Shown one piece after another: positions 33,803-44,109 of a DNA stretch of 64,000 nucleotides. Source of the DNA: Rhynchopus sp. YZ270_cl-10 (Eukaryota); assembly GCA_964035575.1 (NCBI GenBank), contig OZ037841.1:682001-746000 (forward strand), in the 5' to 3' direction. Position numbers and translations under genes: made by a program. The notes beneath the pieces were generated by a model. It was not told the origin of the DNA. It saw nothing but the letters and a program-made list of their open reading frames with translations, and did no database searches. The number at the start of each line of letters is the position of its first letter. The stretch's first letter is position 1.

Positions 33803-36800
33803 TCACAGTTTTAATTCACCACTGCAGAAGTGTTTTTGGAGTTCCGGTGTTGTGCCTACCTTTTCAAAGAGCTCCTCCGTGAGACGTCTGTTGTCCTTTT
33901 TGACAGAGGTGTCTCGTTCTATTGTAGTGAGAATCGCGAGACTGCGTGCTGCGAAGTAGGGCATATTCAATGAATTTGCGTGGTCGTAACAGGACCGGAG
34001 GGAGGACCGGACACTACCATTTGCCACTCCTTGGCGGAGCCATAGCGCTACCAACGCCTCCATGAGAAGCAGCGCCGGACGCCATGAAGGAATCTCCTTG
34101 ACGGCCTCTGACATAATCGAAAGGGCCTTCTTTGCGCCGTGTCGCAGATCTGACATTGCGACAGTGGTCGCAGCAACAGAAGCATGCGTCACAGCCTCTA
34201 CAAACGCATGCAACGACACCAACACAACAAACGTCGCCGGAAACTGCCTTGCCTCATCCAGCAGCACCACCGCACTGACCAAAAACCGCAACGCATCGTC
34301 CCCACCACTTCCTCCAATGATCCCTACGTTCTGCTCTCCCTGTACAGGAGGTGCGACAACACTGGTCGCAGCCATCCCCACAGCGGAAATGCATTGTAGT
34401 AAAAACACAATCTGTCGATCCGAAATGCAGCTATTCAAACTAAAGCCTTTGCCGAAGGAGTAGAGGCGCGCGCCGTCGGGTTGGGGTCGTTCTCGATCGG
34501 AGTCGTGGGAGAGCATGTCCCCGGTGATTAGCTTTTGGCTTTTTTTGAGTTTTTGTCTCGTAATTTCTGCGAGCTTGCTGCCGCGTTCCATTCGGTCGCC
34601 ACCGAGGATGAGAACATCGATGTAGATTGAGAAGAGAACGGAATACGCCTCGCAACGTGAGTTGTTTGAGAAGTTTGCGAACTTCGCAAGCTCCAGGAGG
34701 TGCCCCCAACGGCCCGACGAGCCGCCCTTCTTTGTATTGCGCGCTCCTGTAAAGCAGAGGTACACATCGACTGTGAGGTAGTACAGTGCAGTGGTGGCCA
34801 GATCCCCATCTGAAGACATCTGGTTGTGTGACGATACGTAGGTCTGGACGGTCTTGGGCTCAGAGTAGTATGTGCACAGAACAATGCCAAACTTCTCGAT
34901 CGTCGCGGAGTCGTTTGGGTACCGCGACACCGCACCCTCCATGGCAGCGACAGCGTCGTCTCTGGTACGGCGGCGGTTGCTTCCTAGGCCGTACCATATG
35001 TTGGCAGGGTTGTAGGTGTGGAGGAACATCACCAGCGCACCACGCTTCGACTTCCCGACAGTGTTGAAGCCGTCACGGAGGGACCGAAGCTGTGTCTCCA
35101 TCCGCCGCAGACGCTCGCTCCAGAAGACACGCTCACGGATGCTCTCCGCCGCGTTCGACTTAGGGGTGTTCGAGTTGCGGTCAAGACTGCTGAGCACCTG
35201 CTGGCAGTTTGCACGCTCCTTTTCCACCATCGTCAGATAGTGTTCATACAACAACAACCCACGCAACGCATGATGCCGGAACAACGGCACACACCCCTTT
35301 GAGTGATGCACCATCGCAAGAACATGCCGTGCAAGGAAGACATCTACGACACTCACCTCCTCGGCCTCCCCATGGTAGTACGTCAGCCCGCAGAGGACGG
35401 AGCTGTGGTCACCTGGCGCACCTTCGACGGGGGTGCTGCGGTGGCGCTCCCTTCTGGTACGCCTCTGTCTGAGGTTGGGTGGTGGCGACGACATGAGAAG
35501 GTGTTTGTCGTGCACTGCAGGAGAATGCGAGGAGGGCGCGTTGCTGGCAGACGCCGTCACGGTGATGCTACGGTACGCACTTTGCGCACTGCCTCCAGCC
35601 GGCCCCGAGAGCGAATGCGTCGAGTACTGCGGCTGCGAGCTGGGCAGCTTCCAGTTGTTCATGAACGACGACGACGCAGACGTTGCATTCGCATTCTTCA
35701 TGTTACGCTCTCCAATGTAGACCTCAGACCTTGCCTGCGTCATCTTCAGATATTCCTTCCAGTCAAGCATATTCAGGATGTGGAGATGGCACGACAGCCC
35801 CATGCCTTTATCATCTGAGTGTGCCCCTCCCTCAAAGCCGTATCGTGTGTCAAAGCAGAAGTGCACCTTTGACTGTGGTCCACCCCGTCGGATTGTACAG
35901 CAGGTATCGTCAGAATTGAAGTCGGTCTTGCCGTGCCACAGATCCGAGCGGAGAAGGTCATTTCCTGCAACGCTTTTTAAGAGCATATCTGCGTGGCGTG
36001 CGGCTCCGTCCATATCGCCAGATTGGTAGAGGAGAAATGCGGAGACGGAGACCCAATGGTAGAACGCACCTCCTTTGGGCTTGAGGGTGTCGTGGGTGTC
36101 CATTTTCTTTGCGATGGTGATCGCTTTTTGGTAGTAAACCAACGCCTTTTCCATGTTGTTTTTGAGGTATTCTACATCCGCAGTTTTGCCTAGATAGATG
36201 AGAGAACGTGATACGAGGTCTCCTTCGGTGAAGTGGTGAAGCAAGATGCAAGGGTCAATGCAGACCCCAGCAACGAAGCTCTGCTCGAGGTATTCCGCAA
36301 CGTGGCGGTGGTACTGTCTCCGCTCATTCGCGAGGAGCATCGAGTACAACACATCCTGCATCAGTTGGATTCTGAACCCAAACACAGGGGAGTCCTCATA
36401 GGCCCGCAAGATCTTATCGCTCACCTTCTTCACCAACGACGTCGCGGATCCACCAGATATCATTGAATGTACCCCACTCTTCTCGGACCCTACCTTCCGC
36501 AAACCACCCCCACTCTTCACAATAACCAAAAACCCTAAACTCTCCAATTTATGCACCAGATCGGAGACACTATAGGCTACCCCGTTTTTCTCCAACACAT
36601 CCTGCAAAAGAGCGAGGGAGAATGTCGAACCTATTACACTGGCGACCTTAAGAAGGTTTTGAAGCTGTGGTGACAGACGGTCCACACGACCGGTGATGAC
36701 ACCTTCGATGCGGTCCGGGAGGGGAAGCTTGGAGACATCGACGCCTTGCTGGAAGGAGATGAAGTAGCGTTCTCCGAGGGCTCGGGTGGTGTGCCCTGCA

Positions 36801-39800
36801 CCTGCCTCAGTCACTTCGAGTACCCCATTTGAACCAAACATCAAATGTGAGACGATCGTACTGAGGTTGGTAGGTGGTGGTGTGGCATCCTGCTGTGGAA
36901 GGGGTGTCAGCAGCGGACCTGCCGCACCCCTATTCTGCTGGTGTACAGGGGAGAACTCAGGAAGGCCTTTCGCAGTGCCCTCCTCGGCAGGTGTGGTAAG
37001 GTCGCAGAGTGAGACGAAGAGTTGTTCGGAAAACCCAGGGTTGCCCATGCATTTTTTGTGAATGACATTGAGAACGTCCTCTCGGACCAGAGCACCGGAG
37101 ATCTTGTTGAGAAGGTTCGCGGTGTCCTTTTTCGCAAGCGGGGTGAGGACCACTTTGGTTGCAGGGCCGTTCCTATCAAAGCAGTTGACGCCACCCCAAT
37201 CGCGGTAGTGTTCTTCCTTTACCAGGGTGCGTGCTTGGTCTTCTTCGTCTTCTTCCTCATCACCACGTTTTTTATCATTGCTCTCCACCCTTCGTGTTGC
37301 AATTACCGCGAAGTACGGTGAATTTCTCACAATATACGTTAATACCCGCAACGAGCTTTGATCGCACCAATGAATGTTATCTACTGTTAGCACTACTGGT
37401 TGGATTTTCGTTGCCGTTCCGTCCGGCGCCACGTCTAAGGTGTATTCACGCGAAAAAATGCCGGCAATGACCTCAAGCATGATGTCTGTTCTCTCGGAGT
37501 CTGAGAGCTTCATGGATTCTTCCGTTTCCTGGAGCTGTTCGCCAAGCGGGAGAATGCAGTTGAGGAGCGGGCGGAGGTGGATGTTGTTGTCGAAGCTGTC
37601 CAACTCTTGGGACAGCCATTCCATGGTGCGTTCTTCGAGAAGCCGTTTGATGAGCAGGGCGATCACGTAGTAGGGGGTGTTCTTCTCGAGGGGCGAGCAT
37701 TGGGCTGTGTGCACGGCAGGGCGGTTCTCGTAGTAGGAGCTTTGCCCAGCGCCGAAGCCGTGCTGGAGGTACAGCTTGGAGGCGCCGATGCCACCCTGCG
37801 AGGTCTCGGCAAAGCTTTGTATCTTCTCAAGCAGGAGTGTCTTGCCCTCGCCAGCATCGCCTTGGATGACTATCGTGCGCTCTGCAGGCGATGAATCCCC
37901 AAGGTCAATGATCTTCTCCGCATTCTTCTGAATACACAGAACCGCAGAAAACAAAACAATCATCTCCTTCTCGCGTCCAAATATCTTAAGTTCCTCCCCC
38001 GCAGGCTTGACCCCAGGTGTCGCAGTCGTAGGTGAGCCTACTGTCTCGCCGGCCTTGATGACAGGTTGGAGGGCAAGTGTAGGTTGTGATGCATGTGGAG
38101 CAGCGCCAGAAGACTTCTCGACAGTCCACACCTTAGTGAGAATCTTCTTGCCCTTCATCTTGACGTCCTGCCCGTTGTTGAAGGCAAACATATTGAAGGA
38201 TTGGCACAGCGAGCGGGTCGAGTCGTCGCAGCAGACTGTGGAGAGGTGCACGCCGTCTTTGCGGCTGGTCTGACGCATGGCAAACTGCATGACACGTGCC
38301 GCAGTGTTGACGCCGTCGCCCAATACAGTGTACTCACGGCGTTGCTTAGCTCCGCACATCCCGCAGTACACCTTTGACCGAGAAATACCGCACGATGCAT
38401 AAAAGTTTGGCAGAACGTAAGTCACCTTCTCTGAGGTGGTCTGGTTCAGCGCCTGTCCAGATGTGTCCTGGTGTGTGAAGTTCTCCCTCCACCGCTCCAG
38501 CTTTTGGACCAGGTCGTGCGCAAAGTCTACTGCACGGAGCGAGTCATCTTCGTGCGAATGCCCTGGCAGCCCAAACACACACAGCAGCAACGCGCCTTTG
38601 TCGTCGTAAAGAACTTTGTTGAGGATCCCGTCGCGCTTGCCAAGCTCAGTCAGGACAGACTGCACGACGTGCTGGAGGAGGTAGTCGATGGGGAGGGTCT
38701 GCTGTGCTTTGGACTCACGGTGCTTCTCCATGATGTTGAGGTGGATGAAGATGGTTGACACGATGCGAAGCTCGCCCTCCTCACCCCAGGTGTTTGTGAT
38801 TGTGTCGAAGAGAAAGCTTTTCACTTTGTATTTGAACTCGTCTTCGTTGCGCTTCTGCACCTCTGCGACAATACGCTCCTGCACCATCTCAGGCGCGTTC
38901 ACAAGAGTGGCATCACGCTTGAAGAAGAAGCTGTCCGCTGCTGAGGACACATGCTTATATGCTACGGGGTCCTCCGCCACGGTGCCCGCAAACCCTGCGG
39001 AGTAGATGGCCTCTGTCTTGATGGTACGCAGCTTGCGACGCGGCTCTTCCTTTTCCTTGGGGCTCACACCACCACCGTCGTCCTCATCATCGACAGGCTC
39101 TGTGAGCACCCCGTGAATAGCAGAGGAGAGAACCAACTGATCCATGATGGCGAGATCTACATTGTCAACGGAGTCTTTGACACCAGCTCCGGTGGTGACG
39201 TAACGCCATTCGTCTCGCACTCCGCCGACAATAGAGAATTTGATGTCACCTATGCCGATGGAAATGTGGACACCGAGACGGATTGGGTCGCTGTCGTCTG
39301 TGAATTGGATGTGTTCGTTCTTGGTGGCATCGAGGACCGCGATGGCACAGCCGTATGCCTTCGCTGCCAGGTCCATGAGAGAGCGTTTTGAGGATTCTTC
39401 GAACGTCTGCCGCGTCTGCCCGCCAGCACTCCGTATCAGATCCTCGTCGTGCTTCCATATCGCAAACAGCGCATCCCCAGAGAACTGCACCACATCCCCA
39501 CCACTCTCCCCCACAATCCGCAACAGAAGCGAAAAAAACGCGTTCAAATGAGTCGCAATACCATTCGAACCGTCTCGACTGTTCCGCATTGCCTCTGTGA
39601 TCGTTGTAAACCCGCACACATCAATAAAACACGTCGCCGCCGGGAACTCATACGCCTCATAAGCTACCCGCTCCCTCTCCGCAAGAATCTGCATCAACAC
39701 ATTCGGGATAAAACTGACCAAACTTCTCGTATCATAGGCCTTAACAGCCTCGAGGTCTCTCGACCGTTGGAGCTGTTGCTCAAACTTTGATGCAATATCT

Positions 39801-40222
39801 TCTACTGGCGGAGGAGGTGGTGGTGGCATATGTGGCAACGTCATCCCCAACACTGTTGAATCTGCCATGGATGACATCGAGGATGTGGACAGATGTTTTG
39901 CGGATCCAGGGATAGGGGAGGTAGGGATTTCTGGGCTGTCGATCGCGCCTGAGGGAGAACCGACTACTTCGCTGGTTGGGAGAAGTGGAGAGCCGGAGGC
40001 ACCTGTGTCAGGGGGTGGCAGTGGTGGTGGTGTGCCCTTTGCGCTAGCATCGTAGCGTCTCAGATCTGCCACCAAGTCCTCCTCTGCAGCTACCGCCTGT
40101 TGAACCCTTTCGGCTTCACGAAGCCGGTCCTCATACCCCTGCATGGGCGAGACCTTCTTCTTCTTCGCCGCCTTCTTCACCTCCTCAAACCCCTCTTTCG
40201 GAGCATTAAGCTGTGTTTCCAT
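33803..40222 (-). CDS. Soluble adenylyl cyclase-like protein (ADCY10/sAC architecture: two class III cyclase domains, P-loop STAND NTPase, helical/TPR-like C-terminus; 2139 aa)
   Basis: C1 FIDVCGFT, GDVVQFSGDA; C2 NKVLYDDKG, REYTVLGDGVNTAARVM; Walker A GDAGEGKT, Walker B VLTVDNIHWCD; GNP motif; no TM. True start could be a downstream Met. Confidence 0.92.
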   Translation of the reverse strand: METQLNAPKEGFEEVKKAAKKKKVSPMQGYEDRLREAERVQQAVAAEEDLVADLRRYDASAKGTPPPLPPPDTGASGSPLLPTSEVVGSPSGAIDSPEIPTSPIPGSAKHLSTSSMSSMADSTVLGMTLPHMPPPPPPPVEDIASKFEQQLQRSRDLEAVKAYDTRSLVSFIPNVLMQILAERERVAYEAYEFPAATCFIDVCGFTTITEAMRNSRDGSNGIATHLNAFFSLLLRIVGESGGDVVQFSGDALFAIWKHDEDLIRSAGGQTRQTFEESSKRSLMDLAAKAYGCAIAVLDATKNEHIQFTDDSDPIRLGVHISIGIGDIKFSIVGGVRDEWRYVTTGAGVKDSVDNVDLAIMDQLVLSSAIHGVLTEPVDDEDDGGGVSPKEKEEPRRKLRTIKTEAIYSAGFAGTVAEDPVAYKHVSSAADSFFFKRDATLVNAPEMVQERIVAEVQKRNEDEFKYKVKSFLFDTITNTWGEEGELRIVSTIFIHLNIMEKHRESKAQQTLPIDYLLQHVVQSVLTELGKRDGILNKVLYDDKGALLLCVFGLPGHSHEDDSLRAVDFAHDLVQKLERWRENFTHQDTSGQALNQTTSEKVTYVLPNFYASCGISRSKVYCGMCGAKQRREYTVLGDGVNTAARVMQFAMRQTSRKDGVHLSTVCCDDSTRSLCQSFNMFAFNNGQDVKMKGKKILTKVWTVEKSSGAAPHASQPTLALQPVIKAGETVGSPTTATPGVKPAGEELKIFGREKEMIVLFSAVLCIQKNAEKIIDLGDSSPAERTIVIQGDAGEGKTLLLEKIQSFAETSQGGIGASKLYLQHGFGAGQSSYYENRPAVHTAQCSPLEKNTPYYVIALLIKRLLEERTMEWLSQELDSFDNNIHLRPLLNCILPLGEQLQETEESMKLSDSERTDIMLEVIAGIFSREYTLDVAPDGTATKIQPVVLTVDNIHWCDQSSLRVLTYIVRNSPYFAVIATRRVESNDKKRGDEEEDEEDQARTLVKEEHYRDWGGVNCFDRNGPATKVVLTPLAKKDTANLLNKISGALVREDVLNVIHKKCMGNPGFSEQLFVSLCDLTTPAEEGTAKGLPEFSPVHQQNRGAAGPLLTPLPQQDATPPPTNLSTIVSHLMFGSNGVLEVTEAGAGHTTRALGERYFISFQQGVDVSKLPLPDRIEGVITGRVDRLSPQLQNLLKVASVIGSTFSLALLQDVLEKNGVAYSVSDLVHKLESLGFLVIVKSGGGLRKVGSEKSGVHSMISGGSATSLVKKVSDKILRAYEDSPVFGFRIQLMQDVLYSMLLANERRQYHRHVAEYLEQSFVAGVCIDPCILLHHFTEGDLVSRSLIYLGKTADVEYLKNNMEKALVYYQKAITIAKKMDTHDTLKPKGGAFYHWVSVSAFLLYQSGDMDGAARHADMLLKSVAGNDLLRSDLWHGKTDFNSDDTCCTIRRGGPQSKVHFCFDTRYGFEGGAHSDDKGMGLSCHLHILNMLDWKEYLKMTQARSEVYIGERNMKNANATSASSSFMNNWKLPSSQPQYSTHSLSGPAGGSAQSAYRSITVTASASNAPSSHSPAVHDKHLLMSSPPPNLRQRRTRRERHRSTPVEGAPGDHSSVLCGLTYYHGEAEEVSVVDVFLARHVLAMVHHSKGCVPLFRHHALRGLLLYEHYLTMVEKERANCQQVLSSLDRNSNTPKSNAAESIRERVFWSERLRRMETQLRSLRDGFNTVGKSKRGALVMFLHTYNPANIWYGLGSNRRRTRDDAVAAMEGAVSRYPNDSATIEKFGIVLCTYYSEPKTVQTYVSSHNQMSSDGDLATTALYYLTVDVYLCFTGARNTKKGGSSGRWGHLLELAKFANFSNNSRCEAYSVLFSIYIDVLILGGDRMERGSKLAEITRQKLKKSQKLITGDMLSHDSDRERPQPDGARLYSFGKGFSLNSCISDRQIVFLLQCISAVGMAATSVVAPPVQGEQNVGIIGGSGGDDALRFLVSAVVLLDEARQFPATFVVLVSLHAFVEAVTHASVAATTVAMSDLRHGAKKALSIMSEAVKEIPSWRPALLLMEALVALWLRQGVANGSVRSSLRSCYDHANSLNMPYFAARSLAILTTIERDTSVKKDNRRLTEELFEKVGTTPELQKHFCSGELKL

Positions 40223-41302
40223 AATGGAGAGAAGAGAAGAGAGGAGGGGGGGAAGGGTGAAGAAGAAAAAAATGGGGGGAAAAGAGAAAGACCGTCCCCA
40301 CCCTTAACAGGTGGGAAAAACGGTGTTTGTGTACTGCAACCAAGACAAAGTGGTTGTGAGAAGCGTGGGGGGGGGAAAGGGGGGGTGGGGGGGAGTGTGT
40401 GTGTGTGGGGAGGGGGCTGTGGGAGGGGTGGGAAATGGGTGTTTTGAGTGAGAATGGAACCAAAAAATGGGGTGGTATCCAAATGGCTGTGTTGTTCATT
40501 CACGGGTGGGTGTTTTTTTGGGAAGCAGAATACATCAGCATGCAGCTGGTGAGCTGACGGCAAAGTGCAGCAGTGGCGCTCCACCATGAGGCTACCCAGG
40601 GCTCTTTGTTGGGTGCATTTCCCATTCCCGAGGAAGCATTACCACAACCTGTGTGCAGTCGGAGCATGCTGGTGTGTTGCGTCCCTCATGGATCGCTTTG
40701 CCCACTGCTTCCGTTGCAGCCGTGGCTGTCTGCTGTCACTGCAGGGTTCTCCGTGCAGGTTGGGCAACCACACAGAACTTCGCATGACGTCCAGTCCCCA
40801 CCACGTCGCCTTGTGTGTCAGGTCCGAACACACTGTCTGCGCCCCAACAGTCAGCGGCATCCCATCCCAAGTGCACCAAAGCAAGAAAGCCAAATCGTTC
40901 CCATCAAATCACCCACAACCCACAGCACAAAGAACCAAAGCTGCGCAGTGAAAACACCGTTCTGCCTCTAACAGGGGCATCACACATCAATGGTCAACCC
41001 TGTCCCACAGTCCAAGCTCCTCTCGAACAGGTTTTTGGTGATGCTCACCACCGGTCTTCCGACTGTGTTGTCCTTTCAGGAGCTCTCGCAAGCGAAAGGA
41101 CTCCGGGTTGGACGAACACATCAACAGACACACCACAGTAGATTGCGAGTCCCCACCCTGCCCACCCTGCCCATCCCAACTCCACCGTGATGCACAGGAT
41201 ACAACCTCGTCCTCAAGACAGTGCTCGTCGCCATCTCCCAGCACCTTTTCAAATGTGACCAAAACAAAGAACCGTTCAGCTTTCAATCCACCATCTCAAC
41301 CC

Positions 41303-43250
41303 CTTCACATGATCTCTCCCAACCCAACAGCCAACGACACTGCACCCGAAGCCTTCCTCCACATTTGTGCTGCACAGACAACACACAGCACAACCCCAGC
41401 CGCTGGTGGGTCAACACAAGATCGACACACCTGCGCGCAAAGCCAGAAGCTCTTCACACCTGCATCGCACACAGAAGCGAACGTGCAGTGTGGCAACCCA
41501 ACCCAGAGATCTCCCTTCTCACAGGCGCTCACTCAACCATGCGAACGTGCAGCGTACCCCACCCACCCTCGCAGCACAGAGTGGACAACAAATCAACACC
41601 TCTGAGCTGCCACACAAAAGACCCAACCCACCCAAACATAAAGACAAACAGATGCATTCAGTAGACCATCGTGAAACGTATCCGGTTATAATCAGTGTCG
41701 ATCAGCGAGCTGGGATTATGATTTGTCATCATGTCAATGCAGGCAGCAGGACTCTTCTCAAAAACTTCGGCTGCTTTGAATGCAAGAAAAAAAGTTGTGT
41801 CAATTCCCACCCACCTACCCACCCCCTGCTTTTTTTGGAACCAGGCCACATGTCTCTGCTTACTTCTGTTAAAAGCGAACACAGGCAAAAAAGAGGTTGC
41901 TCTCTCCTCCTGTCGCTTTCCTTCGCTAAGACTCAGGTAGTATCCTACCCGCCTCACTTCCCTTCTCCCGCCACCCACCCACCGTATCTATCGGACTACA
42001 CATCACGTCACAGATGATCATCAGACCACCACGCACAACACGCTACCAAGTGAAGACATGCGTTGTTGTTTGGGTGTCTGGCATTGCTCGAAATTCTGCA
42101 CCACCCGCACACCTCACCCAACCCACCACGAAGGTCCACACTCCCTCATCGCCCTTCCTTCGGCAGAACTGCCTCTCCCACCTCCCTTGCTTCCTCGACG
42201 AAACGTTGCATCGCATGGCACATCACAGAAAAGCACCTCTTGTCTCGTCCATCCTCACATATAGTGCAGACAACACACAGCACAACCCCAGCCGCTGGTG
42301 GGTCAACACAAGATCGACACACCTGCGCGCAAAGCCAGAAGCTCTTCACACCTGCATCGCACACAGAAGCGAACGTGCAGTGTGGCACCCCAACCCAACC
42401 CAGAGATCTCCCTTCTCACAGACGCTCACTCAACCACGCGAACGTGCAGCGTACCCCACCCACCCTCGCAGCACAGAGTGGACAACAAGTCAACACTTCT
42501 GAGCTGCCACACAGAAGACCCAACCCACCCAACCAGGACCACCTCTTACTTTTTGGAACCAGGCCACATCTCTCTGTTTCCTTCTGTTCAAAGCGAAAGT
42601 GAAGGTCAGCCGTCATAAGTCCTCTGCACCCGACAGCAGAAGGTGTACAAATAAACTGAGACTCACCGGACCGCAATGTGAGGGAATACGAGGACATTCG
42701 CATCCTCCCTCCTGTCCCAACCCCTACCACCCACCCCGGCTCTTCACATGATCCCTCTCCCAACCCAACAGCCAACGACACTGCACCCGAAGCCTTCCTC
42801 CACATTTGTGCTGCACAGACAACACACAGCACAACCCCAGCCGCTGGTGGGTCAACACAAGATCGACACACCTGCGCGCAAAGCCAGAAGCTCTTCACAC
42901 TTGCATCGCACACAGAAGCGAACGTGCAGTGTGGCAACCCAACCCAACCCAGAGATCTCCCTTCTCACAGACGCTCACTCAACCACGCGAACGTGCAGCG
43001 TACCCCACCCACCCTCGCAGCACAGAGTGGACAACAAGTCAACACTTCTGAGCTGCCACACAGAAGACCCAACCCACCCAACCATGAAGACAAACAGATG
43101 CATTCAGTAGACCATCGTGAAACGTATCCGGTTATAATCAGTGTCGATCAGCGAGCTGGGATTATGATTTGTCATCATTTGCATGCAGCCACGGGGAGAC
43201 GGAGGTTGCTCTCTCCCCTCCTGCAGCCTTCCTTCGCTGAGACTCAGGTA
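41303..43250. repeat. Local mosaic duplication of a CA-rich unit
   Basis: ~430-bp copies at 41303-41732 and 42742-43178, a ~270-bp partial copy at 42267-42534, plus shared short blocks (~41832/42550, ~41918/43229). Confidence 0.85.
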
Positions 43251-44109
43251 TCCCCCCTTCCCCACCCATCCACCTACTCACCCCAATCCTATAGCTAGCA
43301 AATTATATGAGGGAGATCCTTTTTTTTTAAAAAATGTACTTTTATTCCTGCCACGTACTCCTCCTTGGTCTTTGTACTTCCCAAATCACGTAGGGGAGGA
43401 AACAAAAAAAGGTAAATTTGAATGTGCAAACGCCGTTCTGACGTCTGCACCGCAAAACAGGAAAAGGGTGGAACGCCAATACCAACCGCATGGGCGTGCG
43501 CGCGAGTTTGGGGAGGGGATGAAATAAAATAAGAGTTGGGTCGATGAAAAAAGCCTTTCGTGCTTCCGTCACCTTCTGTATAAAAAGCGGGGGTGGTCTT
43601 AACCTCCACACCAATGTGCACACCCTCTTCGACTCACCACGCCTACAGTTTCTTTGGTGAGGAGTGAGGAATTAAACCGCTGTCGGCAGCACACTTCACT
43701 TGAACGTTGTCCTCCCCACCCGCTTTAAAAAAAGGAAAATAAGGGTGGTCAGAAAAGAGACCGTGAAAAAAAAGTGCGTTTTTGAAAACATAAACTGGAA
43801 TCGTTGCTTTCGCCAACCACGACCGCGGAACGGCAAGACAGGCTTGTCTTGCAGTGCACGTGGTTGTGATGTATTAAAAGAGAAGTCCGAAAGTGCAAAC
43901 GCCTCACCGTATATAGGCAGACGTAGGGTATCGTGTTTCTCCGAGGGGTTATCGAATCCCCTATTAAAATGCAGTGGCATAGACGAGCCAATTCCTCTAT
44001 AAAAATACATTTTCTAGTCGCACACAAAGGGGCAAAAGGGGGCAAAAAAGGGGCAAAAAAAGGGGCAAAAAAAAGACACGCAGATTACAAAATAAAGTGA
44101 AAGTTGAAC

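Noticed and set aside
44028..44070. AAAGGGGCAA x4
   Set aside because: Simple low-complexity repeat with no further structure.
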